34,532 nt of DNA from assembly GCA_937897575.1 (NCBI GenBank), contig CALCQG010000057.1, positions 1 through 34,532 on the forward strand, in the 5' to 3' direction. This stretch comes from an uncultured Synergistales bacterium (GTDB taxonomy: Bacteria > Synergistota > Synergistia > Synergistales > Aminobacteriaceae). Positions 18,490 to 27,582 of the stretch are shown here, piece after piece; the first letter of the stretch is position 1, and the number at the start of each line of letters is the position of its first letter. The notes under the pieces were generated by a model. It worked only from the letters and a program-made list of their open reading frames with translations, did not search any database and was not told the origin of the DNA. The translations under genes and the position numbers were made by a program.

Positions 18490-20233
18490 TGGTCGCCACC
18501 TCCTGCGCTTTCTTTATAGCATCGCTATAGCAAGTGGGTATAAATTCGGTGGGTAACGATTCACCAACAATGCGTCCAAGGAGGACGCCTTTTTTTGCCA
18601 TAAACCACGCTGAGTACATCTGACAGAATTCAGTTTCATCGGTGTCACTTACATCAGATAACTTCTTAGGTGTGTAGCCGTTGATATCTATGCCCATCTT
18701 CTTGAAATGCTTCCGGACGAAATCCACGTCCAAAGCTACTGACTCGGCTTTACGGTCTAAATCCAGCGCGATCTTACGAACGACTGAAGTCTTATCGTTT
18801 GTAAATAGCGTTTTGACTACTTCAATCTCGAAACATAATTCTTTTGTAAAAAACTCATCGTCATTAGCAGTCTGACCAGCTTTAACATCCCCATCATAAA
18901 TGGCAATGCTTGGAACGGCAAATAGCCTAAGCAACTGGCGAAGCGGTTTAATAGAACCCTCACCCCTTGCATTTATCACGCAAATACCATAATCATCCAA
19001 ATCAATGCCTATCTTATCGGAAAAAGCGTGAATACAGCCGTATTCCGTCTCGCCTTCAATCAAGATGGCGCTTTTGGCATAAAACGCCTCCTTGATTTCT
19101 GGGAAGTGCATAATGAGGTGTTTTTCATCCTCGGTTTTAATACGCCCATCGTTATTAGTGTGTTCAATCGGACGCAAATCATATCCACTGATTACCGATG
19201 TCTTATCTCCGTTCTTATAGAAACGGATAAGGTTGCGATAATCCCCAACCAATGCGTCCGTCGAGTGCGTGACAATAATCAACTGTCCGTCGATACCGTC
19301 AATACCGAAGCAAGTATTCAATAGGTCGGCAAACTCAGAGTCCTCGTTACACAGTATTCGCTTGTAGTAACCGATAAGTGACCTTTGCAAATATGGGTGT
19401 AGGTGGACTTCCGGCTCATCAATCGCCAGCACGAGTGGCAAAAGTTTTTTACCTTTGTCGTCGGTGTATAGCTGCTCCTCGAACGGAGCGGACTTGCTTT
19501 TGTATAACTCCATTATCTGGCACAGAATATTTATTGAAGCCATCGTCATATACTGGACGCCGCTTCCTGTGGTTTCAATTTTTCTGTCGCCATCAGAAAG
19601 GTAAAAAAGGCTTGTTAGCATTTCCGTAGGGTTCGGAGCGATAGTCGCCTCTATCGCATAGTCACGGAAACTTCGAATTTTGCCAAGGTGACTATTAATA
19701 AACTCCCTTAGACTATCTACTTGAGTGTCATTCAAAAACGATGGAACACTATCACCAATAAACCTTTCAATGATTCCGTTAATGAGGAGTCCGGCTCCCT
19801 TTTGGGTATCAAGACGCAACTCCCTACTCGGCATAGACGTAGTCTCATATTTCAAGAAATTAATCTTTCTGATGAGCCTCGTCTGTATACTCTCATTTGA
19901 GTCTGCACTGACAATTGTAGGATAGGCTTCCTTAATGGTCTGATGATAACGAATCTTCAACAGTGAAGCATCATCCGGTGAAAAGTTGTCACCGAAAAAA
20001 CCCTGTTCATTGGGGAGCAGTCTGATATCTAGTTCGACCTCGATAGCTTTTTCAGGGTCAGAAAAATCCTTTTCGTCAAATCCCTTGCCATTACACACAG
20101 TACCAAGAAGCGACAGAAAGTTGCTCTTACCCAGATTGTTTTCTCCAATGATATAATTGCAACCCGGATTAAAACAAACATCTATCCCGTCGATATTTCT
20201 GTAGTTAGAAACCTTAATATTAGAAATCCTCAT
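18482..20233 (-). CDS. gajA: OLD-family ATP-dependent endonuclease (ABC ATPase + TOPRIM), Gabija GajA-like, 583 aa
   Basis: MRISNIKVSNYRNI start with SD GGAGG; GENNLGKS (Walker A), IDEPEVHLHP (Walker B), VTHS (H-loop), TOPRIM IEGETE and YDGD. Confidence 0.78.
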   Translation of the reverse strand: MRISNIKVSNYRNIDGIDVCFNPGCNYIIGENNLGKSNFLSLLGTVCNGKGFDEKDFSDPEKAIEVELDIRLLPNEQGFFGDNFSPDDASLLKIRYHQTIKEAYPTIVSADSNESIQTRLIRKINFLKYETTSMPSRELRLDTQKGAGLLINGIIERFIGDSVPSFLNDTQVDSLREFINSHLGKIRSFRDYAIEATIAPNPTEMLTSLFYLSDGDRKIETTGSGVQYMTMASINILCQIMELYKSKSAPFEEQLYTDDKGKKLLPLVLAIDEPEVHLHPYLQRSLIGYYKRILCNEDSEFADLLNTCFGIDGIDGQLIIVTHSTDALVGDYRNLIRFYKNGDKTSVISGYDLRPIEHTNNDGRIKTEDEKHLIMHFPEIKEAFYAKSAILIEGETEYGCIHAFSDKIGIDLDDYGICVINARGEGSIKPLRQLLRLFAVPSIAIYDGDVKAGQTANDDEFFTKELCFEIEVVKTLFTNDKTSVVRKIALDLDRKAESVALDVDFVRKHFKKMGIDINGYTPKKLSDVSDTDETEFCQMYSAWFMAKKGVLLGRIVGESLPTEFIPTCYSDAIKKAQEVATND

Positions 20234-20425
20234 AAACCCTCCCGCGAAGTGTGTGCTCCGCCCTCCTTCGCTAAACCAGAGATCAAACATTCGTAGAGTC
20301 AGGAAGTTCCTGTAAACTGCTCGTACGGTCATTATTCCAAGACATCCCAACCCAGCTGTCCGAAAGTTTAACCCATAAACTGGTTTAGGTTATTGCAAAG
20401 CATAACCATCGCCCTCCGTTTATTT

Positions 20426-22489
20426 TCACTCCACATCCTGCAGTCTGAACGCCTGCTCAATAACCTCCATCACGTCGTCGAGCATATCCAAGCTGTCCAG
20501 ACCGATCTCGACATCGCCGTTGCCCCATCTGCCGACACCCGTGATGTCTTTGCAAATGCCTTTCGGGTCGATGACGTCGGCGAACTTCATATTGATGGCC
20601 AAGCGGAGCCGCGAGTTCTGGATAACAACATCCACGAAGTTGGTGTCGGCCTTGTAGGCGATATACAGCTTTTTAAACTCACGCTTCACATAGGTGCCGA
20701 GGTTAAGGATTCGGGTGTTCAGCTTCTCAAAGAGCATACGGTTGAAAGCGTTCAGATACTGATAGCTTTCAAGGTTATACTCCGGCGCGATGTCGTCCTG
20801 TTTGCGGTACGGCGCGAGTTCGGCTTCTGTAAGCGTCGGGTACGGCCACGCCTTTTTCGCCACCTCCCCAAGCTGGGCTGCGCGTTCATTGACCTGCGGC
20901 TCGCCCCAAGTGATCTGGGTAACAACATACTTATTCAAACGAAGCGCACTCTGCTGGAAACCGCCGTCCATTGTCAGCTTGTCGGCGAACGGCGAATCGC
21001 TCATCTCAGAGTTATAAGCCGTCAACGTCAGGTTGCCGATAGTATGCAAGTACTTCTTTTGAATCTCCTCCCAGTCGCTTCCGAGGGTGGATACCCAGTC
21101 GGCGGAGAGGTGCGGGTTCTGCGGGATGATGTGTTCAATGGTCAGCTTTTCCGCATTGACTGCCGACTTGTTGTCCCAGTTTTCAAGTCTCCCAAGGATA
21201 TAACCGCAGCGGTTCATATGGTAGATGTCCCTCGTCAGGAAGGTATCGAGGAATCGCTTGTCGTTCGGGAACTCCTTGTAGGAGTCGAGCAAGATAAAGA
21301 ACGCCTTTACCGAGTTCAGATAGTCGAACTGTCTGATGTCATTCTTCATTGTGGCGAAAGTCTTGTTCAGGGAGTTCGTCGGAATGTCGCAGACGGCGCG
21401 GCGCAGTACGTAGCTTACGCAGAGCCGCAGGATTTCCCGCAGTTCCTCGATGGTTATCAAGTCCTTGTCGCAATCGTCGTGCACTTTCAGAAGAAACGGG
21501 TAAGCGACCTCCATGCGAATTGCCTTCATATCGCCGTAGAGCGATTTCAACACGGCGTCGCCGCTCCGCACAAAATACATGTCGGAATAGTGCTTGGCGA
21601 AGCTGTAGATGTCTTGACATAGGTCGCGAATGGTTAGTCCACTACCGTTGTGGTAAGCGCGGAACTCTTTGTAGACCTCGTTTTTGCGAGGAATCCTGCC
21701 CAGCTTCATCGTGAGGTAGTCACGGAAGAAGTTGTCCAGCAACTCGCTTTGATGCTCGTAGTCAAAGAGTAGTTCCGTTGGCCGCCAGATGTTGTTGTAA
21801 ACATCCGTCTGGGTCGCAGAGTCCAAACCCATCAATAGATGATTGCGGATGAGGTCTGAGTCCTTCAAGTCCATACCTGTGGAGTTGAGACTCTCGAAAA
21901 TCGCCTGCGGGTCATCATACTGGCGGTCGAGGACGATGTCCACGATTTGCAGTTTTCCGATGGCGTCGTAAAGATCGGATGGTGCAATCTCGCCCTTTCC
22001 AATTTGCCCTGAGAAGAAGCCGTAGTTGTCCAGCACTCGAGATTTCAAGGTGTCGGAAATTGGCGCACCCTCAATCTTCTTTATCAGCGCGTCCCTGTCG
22101 GACTGCGTAAGGAGCAGTTTGTATTTGGCATTTCCCGTTTCATATTGGTTCAAGAGCAGCGTGTCGGTTATCTTGTTCGGGTTCACACCACAGTCTGAAT
22201 GAGTCGCCGCATAGTCGCGCAGGGCGACGAGAAGAAGAGTCAGCGTGGTAAGCCTCTGCTGACCGTCGATAATCATTGCAAGGGTAGACCCCGCCGCGGA
22301 ATCCTCGTCAATGCGGACAATCGATCCGACGAAGTGACCCTCCCTTTGCGTAGTGTGGAGGTTTACGATGTCGCTCCAAAGACGGGCGCACTGCTCACGC
22401 TCCCAACTGTATGTTCTCTGATACAGCGGTATTCGGTATTGACAGGTCCCGCCGAGGTATTTGTAGATATTGCTCTTGAAAGCGTTCAT
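20426..22489 (-). CDS. GmrSD-like DUF262 + DUF1524 (HNH) modification-dependent nuclease with C-terminal DUF5655-like domain, 687 aa
   Basis: IPLYQRTYSW, IIDGQQRLTT, IFESLNSTG (DUF262); TIEHIIPQN...IGNLTLTAYNSEMS (HNH); tail FKKLYIAYKADTNFVDV...GRWGNGDVE. Confidence 0.85.
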   Translation of the reverse strand: MNAFKSNIYKYLGGTCQYRIPLYQRTYSWEREQCARLWSDIVNLHTTQREGHFVGSIVRIDEDSAAGSTLAMIIDGQQRLTTLTLLLVALRDYAATHSDCGVNPNKITDTLLLNQYETGNAKYKLLLTQSDRDALIKKIEGAPISDTLKSRVLDNYGFFSGQIGKGEIAPSDLYDAIGKLQIVDIVLDRQYDDPQAIFESLNSTGMDLKDSDLIRNHLLMGLDSATQTDVYNNIWRPTELLFDYEHQSELLDNFFRDYLTMKLGRIPRKNEVYKEFRAYHNGSGLTIRDLCQDIYSFAKHYSDMYFVRSGDAVLKSLYGDMKAIRMEVAYPFLLKVHDDCDKDLITIEELREILRLCVSYVLRRAVCDIPTNSLNKTFATMKNDIRQFDYLNSVKAFFILLDSYKEFPNDKRFLDTFLTRDIYHMNRCGYILGRLENWDNKSAVNAEKLTIEHIIPQNPHLSADWVSTLGSDWEEIQKKYLHTIGNLTLTAYNSEMSDSPFADKLTMDGGFQQSALRLNKYVVTQITWGEPQVNERAAQLGEVAKKAWPYPTLTEAELAPYRKQDDIAPEYNLESYQYLNAFNRMLFEKLNTRILNLGTYVKREFKKLYIAYKADTNFVDVVIQNSRLRLAINMKFADVIDPKGICKDITGVGRWGNGDVEIGLDSLDMLDDVMEVIEQAFRLQDVE

Positions 22490-22503
22490 CGCTTTGCCCT
22501 CCC

Positions 22504-25500
22504 TTATTTATCCGTCCACATCTCACATTGTCCAATAACAGTGGCAATGGCATCTTCCATACCCTCCGGCGGGTATTTGTACTTTTTTAGCAATTTTTTG
22601 ACCATCCGGCGCATGCCGGCGCGGGCAGACTCTTTCTTTTGCCAGTCGATGGTGCGGTTCTTGCGGAGCATATCGGCAAGTTCATGGGTCATCGCCACGA
22701 GTTCCTCATTTTGATAGAAGTCCTTGACCGCTTCTGGACGGGTTAATGCATCGTAGAACGCCAACTCTTCATCAGTCAGTCCCATAGCGTCACCTTCCGC
22801 TTGGGCGGTCGCCATCTCCTTCGCCATCTTCATCAGTTCGGCAATGACTTCCTCGTTGGAGAGCATTCCATTCAGGTACGCTTTCATTGCCCGCGAGAGC
22901 CTTTCCGAGAACTTCTCCGACTTGACGAGGTTCGTTCTGCGATAGAGGGACACCTGCTCAGCAAGTAATTTCTTTAAAATCTCAACGGCGAGGTTCTTCT
23001 CCTTCATCTTGGCGATCTCGTCAAGGAACTTCGGGTCAAACAGGGAAAAGCCAGTGTCTACGTCCGAGAATAAATTAATAACACCTTCGCTTTGAATGCT
23101 TGCTTTCAACAGTTCGTTGACGCGTGCATTTATTTCTTTCAAAGACAGCGGTTTGCCTTCTCCTGTGATACGGGTTAGGAGAGTTCGCACCGCCTCAAAG
23201 TAAGCAGCTTCGTATCGCTGTTCCGCAGTCAGTAGCGAACGGCAAAGGGATAGTGCCTGACGCAGGAGCATAGCCTCTTTGATGAAAGCATCCTTGCGGT
23301 TTGTGGTGTCGCCATATCCTATCGATGACTCGGCAATGCGTGATACCGTCTCTTCCATAAATCTGTGTGGTTGTCTGTCTATTGCCGTCAGGAAGTTCAC
23401 CCCACCGCTGATTGCCTTAGCACGGGAAAGGTCACTGGCGTTTGACCGCATAAAACCGGAATAGTCGAAACCATGGAAAAGGTCGCGGCAGACTTCCAGT
23501 TTCTCGACGAATTTAGGTAGGGCTGTTTTTGCGATGTCGGTGTCGCCGTAGTTGCTCTTGTCGCGGTTGGTGTAGTCGTTCATTGCCTGTTTCAAAGCAC
23601 CCGCAATGCCGACATAATCCACTACCAAGCCGCCTTCTTTATCCTCATAAACCCGATTGACACGTGCGATTGCCTGCATAAGGTTGTGACCTGTCATCGG
23701 CTTGTAAACATACATCGTTGCGAGCGAGGGAACGTCAAATCCTGTCAGCCACATATCCACGACGATGGCGATTTTCAGCGGGTCGTCGTTGTCTTTGAAC
23801 CGCTTTGCCATTGCGTCTCGGTGACGTTTGTTGCCAATTACGCTTCTCCATTCTTCAGGGTCTTTATTGCTTTCGGTCATAACCACGCCGACTTTATCTG
23901 CCCATTCAGGACGGAGTTCGATCAGCTTGCGGTAAATTGCCATAGCGATGGCGCGGGAATAGCCGACCACCATAGCCTTGCCCGTGAGTTCATATTGACG
24001 ATTTTCTTCGTAGTGCTTGACGATATCCTCGCAAAGCGCGGTGATGGTTTGCTCCGCACCGAGGATGGAGTCCATTTTGCCGAGTTCCTTCTTGCTCTTT
24101 TCGATGGCGTAGTCCTCGGCATTCTGCGCCATGATGTCATATTCAGCATCAATGAGATGTAGAATATCTTCATCCAGTTTCAGATGAATGACTCGGCTCT
24201 CATAATAGACTGGGCGGGTCGCGCCATCCTCCACGGCTTGGGTCATATCATAGATGTCGATGTAATTGCCGAACACCTCGATAGTCGAGCGGTCTTTGCT
24301 TGAAATCGGTGTCCCCGTAAAGCCTATGTAGGTTGCATTCGGTAGGCTTTCGCGAATAATAAGACCAAAGGATTTCTGAATGCGTCCCGTCTTGCTGTCC
24401 ACTCGCTCGTCGATGAACTGGCTACGGTGTGCCTCGTCCGCCATGACGATGACGTTTCGGCGATCTGATAGGAATTCTGAACTCTCCTCAAACTTCTGCG
24501 CCGTGGTAAAAATAATGCCGTTTGCTTGCCGTCCGGCGAGCAGTTCTTTCAAGTGGCTGCGGCTTTCAGCTTGTTGCGGGGTCTGACGCAGGAAATTGGC
24601 GCATTTGGCGAACTGCCCGAAAAGCTGATCATCCAGATCGTTACGGTCGGTCAGCACGACGATGGTTGGGGAATTCAGTGCAGCTTGGAGCAGATGGGCA
24701 TAGAAAACCATTGACAGCGACTTGCCGCTTCCTTGAGTATGCCAGAACACACCACCTTTTCCGTCCGTGACGGTGGCGGTAGCGGTCGAAGCGACAGCCT
24801 TCCGCACGGCGAAATACTGGTGGTACGCGCTTAAAATTTTTGCGTCGCCGGAGAAGCAGATGAAGTTTTTGATGATGTCAAGCAGCCGCTCTTTGTTGAA
24901 CATTCCTTCAATGAAGGTGTCGAATTGGGCATACTGCGTATTCTCATAACTGCCGTCCTTCGTTTTCCATTCCATGAAGCGGTCTTCGCCCGCCGTTATC
25001 GTACCAGCTTTGGAAATGGCGAGGTCGCTCATTACGAGGAAAGCGTTATAAGTGAACAGCGATGGTATTTCGTGCATATAGTTCCGCAGTTGCAGGAACG
25101 CCTCGGAAGCATCGGTTTCCTCACGGGAGGGAGACTTTAACTCGAATAGAACTACCGGCAAACCGTTCAAGAACATGATAACATCAGGCCGTTTCTCGCT
25201 GTTCTCGATAATCGTCCACTGGTTGGCGGCGGTGAAAGTATTCTTATCTACGTTCTCATAGTCCACAAGCCGAACCAAAGCCGCCCGCTGTTCTCCTTTG
25301 TCGAAGAAGTTCACAGATATACCATTTTGAAGGTAGTCCATGAAATCAACGTTCTTCTTGAATATAGTGCCGCCCTCAAAATTGCGCAGCTTATATACTG
25401 CCTCGATCAAGGCGGATTCGGGCAACTTAGAGTTGATCCGTCGCAGGGCGGGCAGTAGCTCGTCCAGATATAGCGGTTCGGCGTAGTCGCGGGCTACGTC

Positions 25501-25584
25501 GGGTCCATAAGCGTAGCCATACCCCAAGGTATCTCGAAACACCTCAATAACCGCATTTTCATAGTTTGCTTCTGTATATGCCAT
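22504..25584 (-). CDS. hsdR: Type I restriction enzyme R subunit, 1026 aa
   Basis: RPDVIMFLNGLPVVLFELK nuclease motif, HTQGSGKS, DEAHRSQ, GFTGTP, MWLTGFDVP, QAIARVNR; SD GGAGGAGG. Confidence 0.95.
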   Translation of the reverse strand: MAYTEANYENAVIEVFRDTLGYGYAYGPDVARDYAEPLYLDELLPALRRINSKLPESALIEAVYKLRNFEGGTIFKKNVDFMDYLQNGISVNFFDKGEQRAALVRLVDYENVDKNTFTAANQWTIIENSEKRPDVIMFLNGLPVVLFELKSPSREETDASEAFLQLRNYMHEIPSLFTYNAFLVMSDLAISKAGTITAGEDRFMEWKTKDGSYENTQYAQFDTFIEGMFNKERLLDIIKNFICFSGDAKILSAYHQYFAVRKAVASTATATVTDGKGGVFWHTQGSGKSLSMVFYAHLLQAALNSPTIVVLTDRNDLDDQLFGQFAKCANFLRQTPQQAESRSHLKELLAGRQANGIIFTTAQKFEESSEFLSDRRNVIVMADEAHRSQFIDERVDSKTGRIQKSFGLIIRESLPNATYIGFTGTPISSKDRSTIEVFGNYIDIYDMTQAVEDGATRPVYYESRVIHLKLDEDILHLIDAEYDIMAQNAEDYAIEKSKKELGKMDSILGAEQTITALCEDIVKHYEENRQYELTGKAMVVGYSRAIAMAIYRKLIELRPEWADKVGVVMTESNKDPEEWRSVIGNKRHRDAMAKRFKDNDDPLKIAIVVDMWLTGFDVPSLATMYVYKPMTGHNLMQAIARVNRVYEDKEGGLVVDYVGIAGALKQAMNDYTNRDKSNYGDTDIAKTALPKFVEKLEVCRDLFHGFDYSGFMRSNASDLSRAKAISGGVNFLTAIDRQPHRFMEETVSRIAESSIGYGDTTNRKDAFIKEAMLLRQALSLCRSLLTAEQRYEAAYFEAVRTLLTRITGEGKPLSLKEINARVNELLKASIQSEGVINLFSDVDTGFSLFDPKFLDEIAKMKEKNLAVEILKKLLAEQVSLYRRTNLVKSEKFSERLSRAMKAYLNGMLSNEEVIAELMKMAKEMATAQAEGDAMGLTDEELAFYDALTRPEAVKDFYQNEELVAMTHELADMLRKNRTIDWQKKESARAGMRRMVKKLLKKYKYPPEGMEDAIATVIGQCEMWTDK

Positions 25585-25615
25585 AGGGTGTACCTCCTCC
25601 TGTATCTATATCTGG

Positions 25616-26305
25616 GTGCCCGAAGGCAGTAAATTAAACAATCATTTAGAGCAGATGGCTCACGCTATTTTCAAGTCGTGGTTCGTAGACTTCGAGCCAT
25701 TTGGCGGGGAGCAACCCACAAACTGGACAACTGGAAACCTACTCGACATCGCCGATTACCTCAACGGGCTTGCAATGCAGCGTTTTCGTCCTATTGATGA
25801 TGAAGTTGGGCTTCCCGTCCTCAAAATCAAGGAACTGCGGCAAGGTTTCTGCGATTCATCGAGCGAACTTTGCTCACCCAACATTCGCTCTGATTATATC
25901 GTTCATGACGGCGATGTAATCTTTTCATGGTCTGGAAGCCTACTTGTTGACTTCTGGTGTGGCGGCGACTGCGGTTTGAATCAGCACCTTTTTAAAGTCA
26001 CCTCCACGAGATACGACAAATGGTTCTACTACGGCTGGACTCGTCATCACCTTGCCCAGTTTGTGACTATGGCGGCTGATAAAGCAACGACGATGGGTCA
26101 CATCAAACGTGAAGCCTTGGCAAACGCCGAAGTTCTAATCCCTGACGAGGACGGCTACCGAGAACTCGGTAGTCTGCTTGCTCCGATGTATGAGCAGGCG
26201 GTCGCATGTCGAGTCGAGAGCCGACATCTAGCTCTTCTACGTGATTCCTTGCTTCCGCGCCTTATGTCGGGTGAACTAACGGTGTCGGAGGTGCCTTATG
26301 AATAA
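25616..26305 (+). CDS. hsdS: Silent C-terminal half of hsdS (central conserved region + TRD2a + C-terminal conserved region), invertible cassette
   Basis: Homology begins at the repeat core (NNHLEQMAHAIFKSWFVDFEPFG) and ends RDSLLPRLMSGEL. No N-terminal TRD and no convincing SD; inverted relative to hsdM/hsdR. Confidence 0.85.
   Translation: MPEGSKLNNHLEQMAHAIFKSWFVDFEPFGGEQPTNWTTGNLLDIADYLNGLAMQRFRPIDDEVGLPVLKIKELRQGFCDSSSELCSPNIRSDYIVHDGDVIFSWSGSLLVDFWCGGDCGLNQHLFKVTSTRYDKWFYYGWTRHHLAQFVTMAADKATTMGHIKREALANAEVLIPDEDGYRELGSLLAPMYEQAVACRVESRHLALLRDSLLPRLMSGELTVSEVPYE
25635..25649 (+). repeat. hsdS recombination core A (TAAACAATCATTTAG)
   Basis: Exact 15-mer; extends as a 70-bp inverted repeat (6 mismatches) with 28711-28780. 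Confidence 0.9.
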
Positions 26306-26513
26306 AACCCTGAAAGTTCCATTTGATGCACCGCTTAACGAGTTGGACTCCGAAGTTCAGACTTTCGGTTGCCGTCAGAAGAATCCCGATATCTGCGGCA
26401 ACAACTCACTGCCCGACGTTTGCGCTTTTGCCACTGACGACTGTATTTGCCGTAAGCCGTCGAGGGCGTGGAAGCGACAGTATGAAATTCTCAAGGTTCA
26501 AGCCGCTAAATGA
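26298..26513 (+). CDS. Hypothetical 71-aa Cys-rich protein on the TRD2a cassette
   Basis: SD GGAGGTG; start overlaps the hsdS-half stop; five Cys (C-x7-C-x8-C-x6-C-x-C); stop codon lies inside core B. Confidence 0.7.
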   Translation: MNKTLKVPFDAPLNELDSEVQTFGCRQKNPDICGNNSLPDVCAFATDDCICRKPSRAWKRQYEILKVQAAK

Positions 26514-26520
26514 TTGTTTA
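26506..26520 (-). repeat. hsdS recombination core B
   Basis: CTAAATGATTGTTTA is the reverse complement of the core. Confidence 0.9.
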
Positions 26521-26576
26521 ACCGCGCCTCCTGCCACTGTTAGAACACATTTTTAACCGAAAGGCAGGAGGAACAT

Positions 26577-27569
26577 ATGAAAGATAAGATAATTACAGAG
26601 ATTCAGACAAGCATGGCGTCGGTGCTTAATCCGGCGCAACAGGAGGAATTACGGCGGGTACTGATGTACCACCTCCACAACGTGGAAGTCACGGAGCGCA
26701 AAGCCCCTAACCCACAGGAAACCGCCGAGAACGGAGGGTTGCTCGAAGTGTTTATAGCCGCAAAGAGAGTAGAAGGCTGCTCGGAGAAGTCGCTGAAATA
26801 CTACGACTCAACCATACGGCAGATGACCGACAACGTAAAGAAACCCGTGCGGGAAATCATCACCGACGACCTGCGGATTTACCTTGCCGACTACCAGAAA
26901 GAGCGCGGGTCCAGCAAGGTCACGATAGACAATATACGGCGTATCTTCAGCAGCTTCTTCGGGTGGCTTGAGGATGAAGATTACATCATAAAAAGTCCCG
27001 TCCGCCGAATCCACAAGATTAAAGCGGACAAAACCATCAAGGAGACATTCTCCGACGAGGGCTTGGAACTGCTCCGCGACGCTTGCGAGGAAGTCCGCGA
27101 CTTGGCGATGATTGACCTGCTCGCTTCAACGGGAATGCGCGTCGGAGAATTGGTTGGCTTAAACCGTGAAGACATCAATTTCCATGAACGAGAGTGCGTG
27201 GTGTTCGGCAAGGGTAGCACAGAGCGTCTGGTCTACTTTGACGCTCGAACAAAAATTCACTTGAGGAACTACCTTGACGGCAGAAAAGACGCCAATCCCG
27301 CTCTGTTCGTGTCGTTGACACTGCCCCGAGAGCGGCTGATGATAGGCGGCGTGGAAACGAGGCTGCGGGAAATCGGAAAGCGAGCCGATATGCAAAAGGT
27401 ACATCCGCATAAATTTCGGCGGACGCTTGCAACGCGAGCCATTGATAAGGGAATGCCCATTGAACAAGTACAACGGTTACTTGGTCATGTAAAGATAGAT
27501 ACGACCATGTCCTATGCGATGGTCAATCAGACAAATGTGAAGAACTCGCATAGGAAATTCATCGGATAA
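26577..27569 (+). CDS. Tyrosine recombinase (XerC/D-like with N-terminal SAM-like domain), putative hsdS shufflase, 330 aa
   Basis: Catalytic residues in GMRVGEL (R), GKG (K), HKFRRT (HxxR), LLGH (H) and TTMSYA (Y); embedded among the hsdS halves. Confidence 0.92.
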   Translation: MKDKIITEIQTSMASVLNPAQQEELRRVLMYHLHNVEVTERKAPNPQETAENGGLLEVFIAAKRVEGCSEKSLKYYDSTIRQMTDNVKKPVREIITDDLRIYLADYQKERGSSKVTIDNIRRIFSSFFGWLEDEDYIIKSPVRRIHKIKADKTIKETFSDEGLELLRDACEEVRDLAMIDLLASTGMRVGELVGLNREDINFHERECVVFGKGSTERLVYFDARTKIHLRNYLDGRKDANPALFVSLTLPRERLMIGGVETRLREIGKRADMQKVHPHKFRRTLATRAIDKGMPIEQVQRLLGHVKIDTTMSYAMVNQTNVKNSHRKFIG

Positions 27570-27582
27570 GGAGGGGCGGAAA

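Noticed and set aside
20234..20425. Upstream TTG start of the OLD nuclease (20350) or a small gene in this gap
   Set aside because: ATG at 20233 has an SD and the typical family N-terminus. An SD-ATG near 20400 opens only about 11-13 codons, so it is at most a decayed remnant.
20393..21622. 409-aa plus-strand ORF
   Set aside because: Antisense shadow of the GmrSD-like gene.
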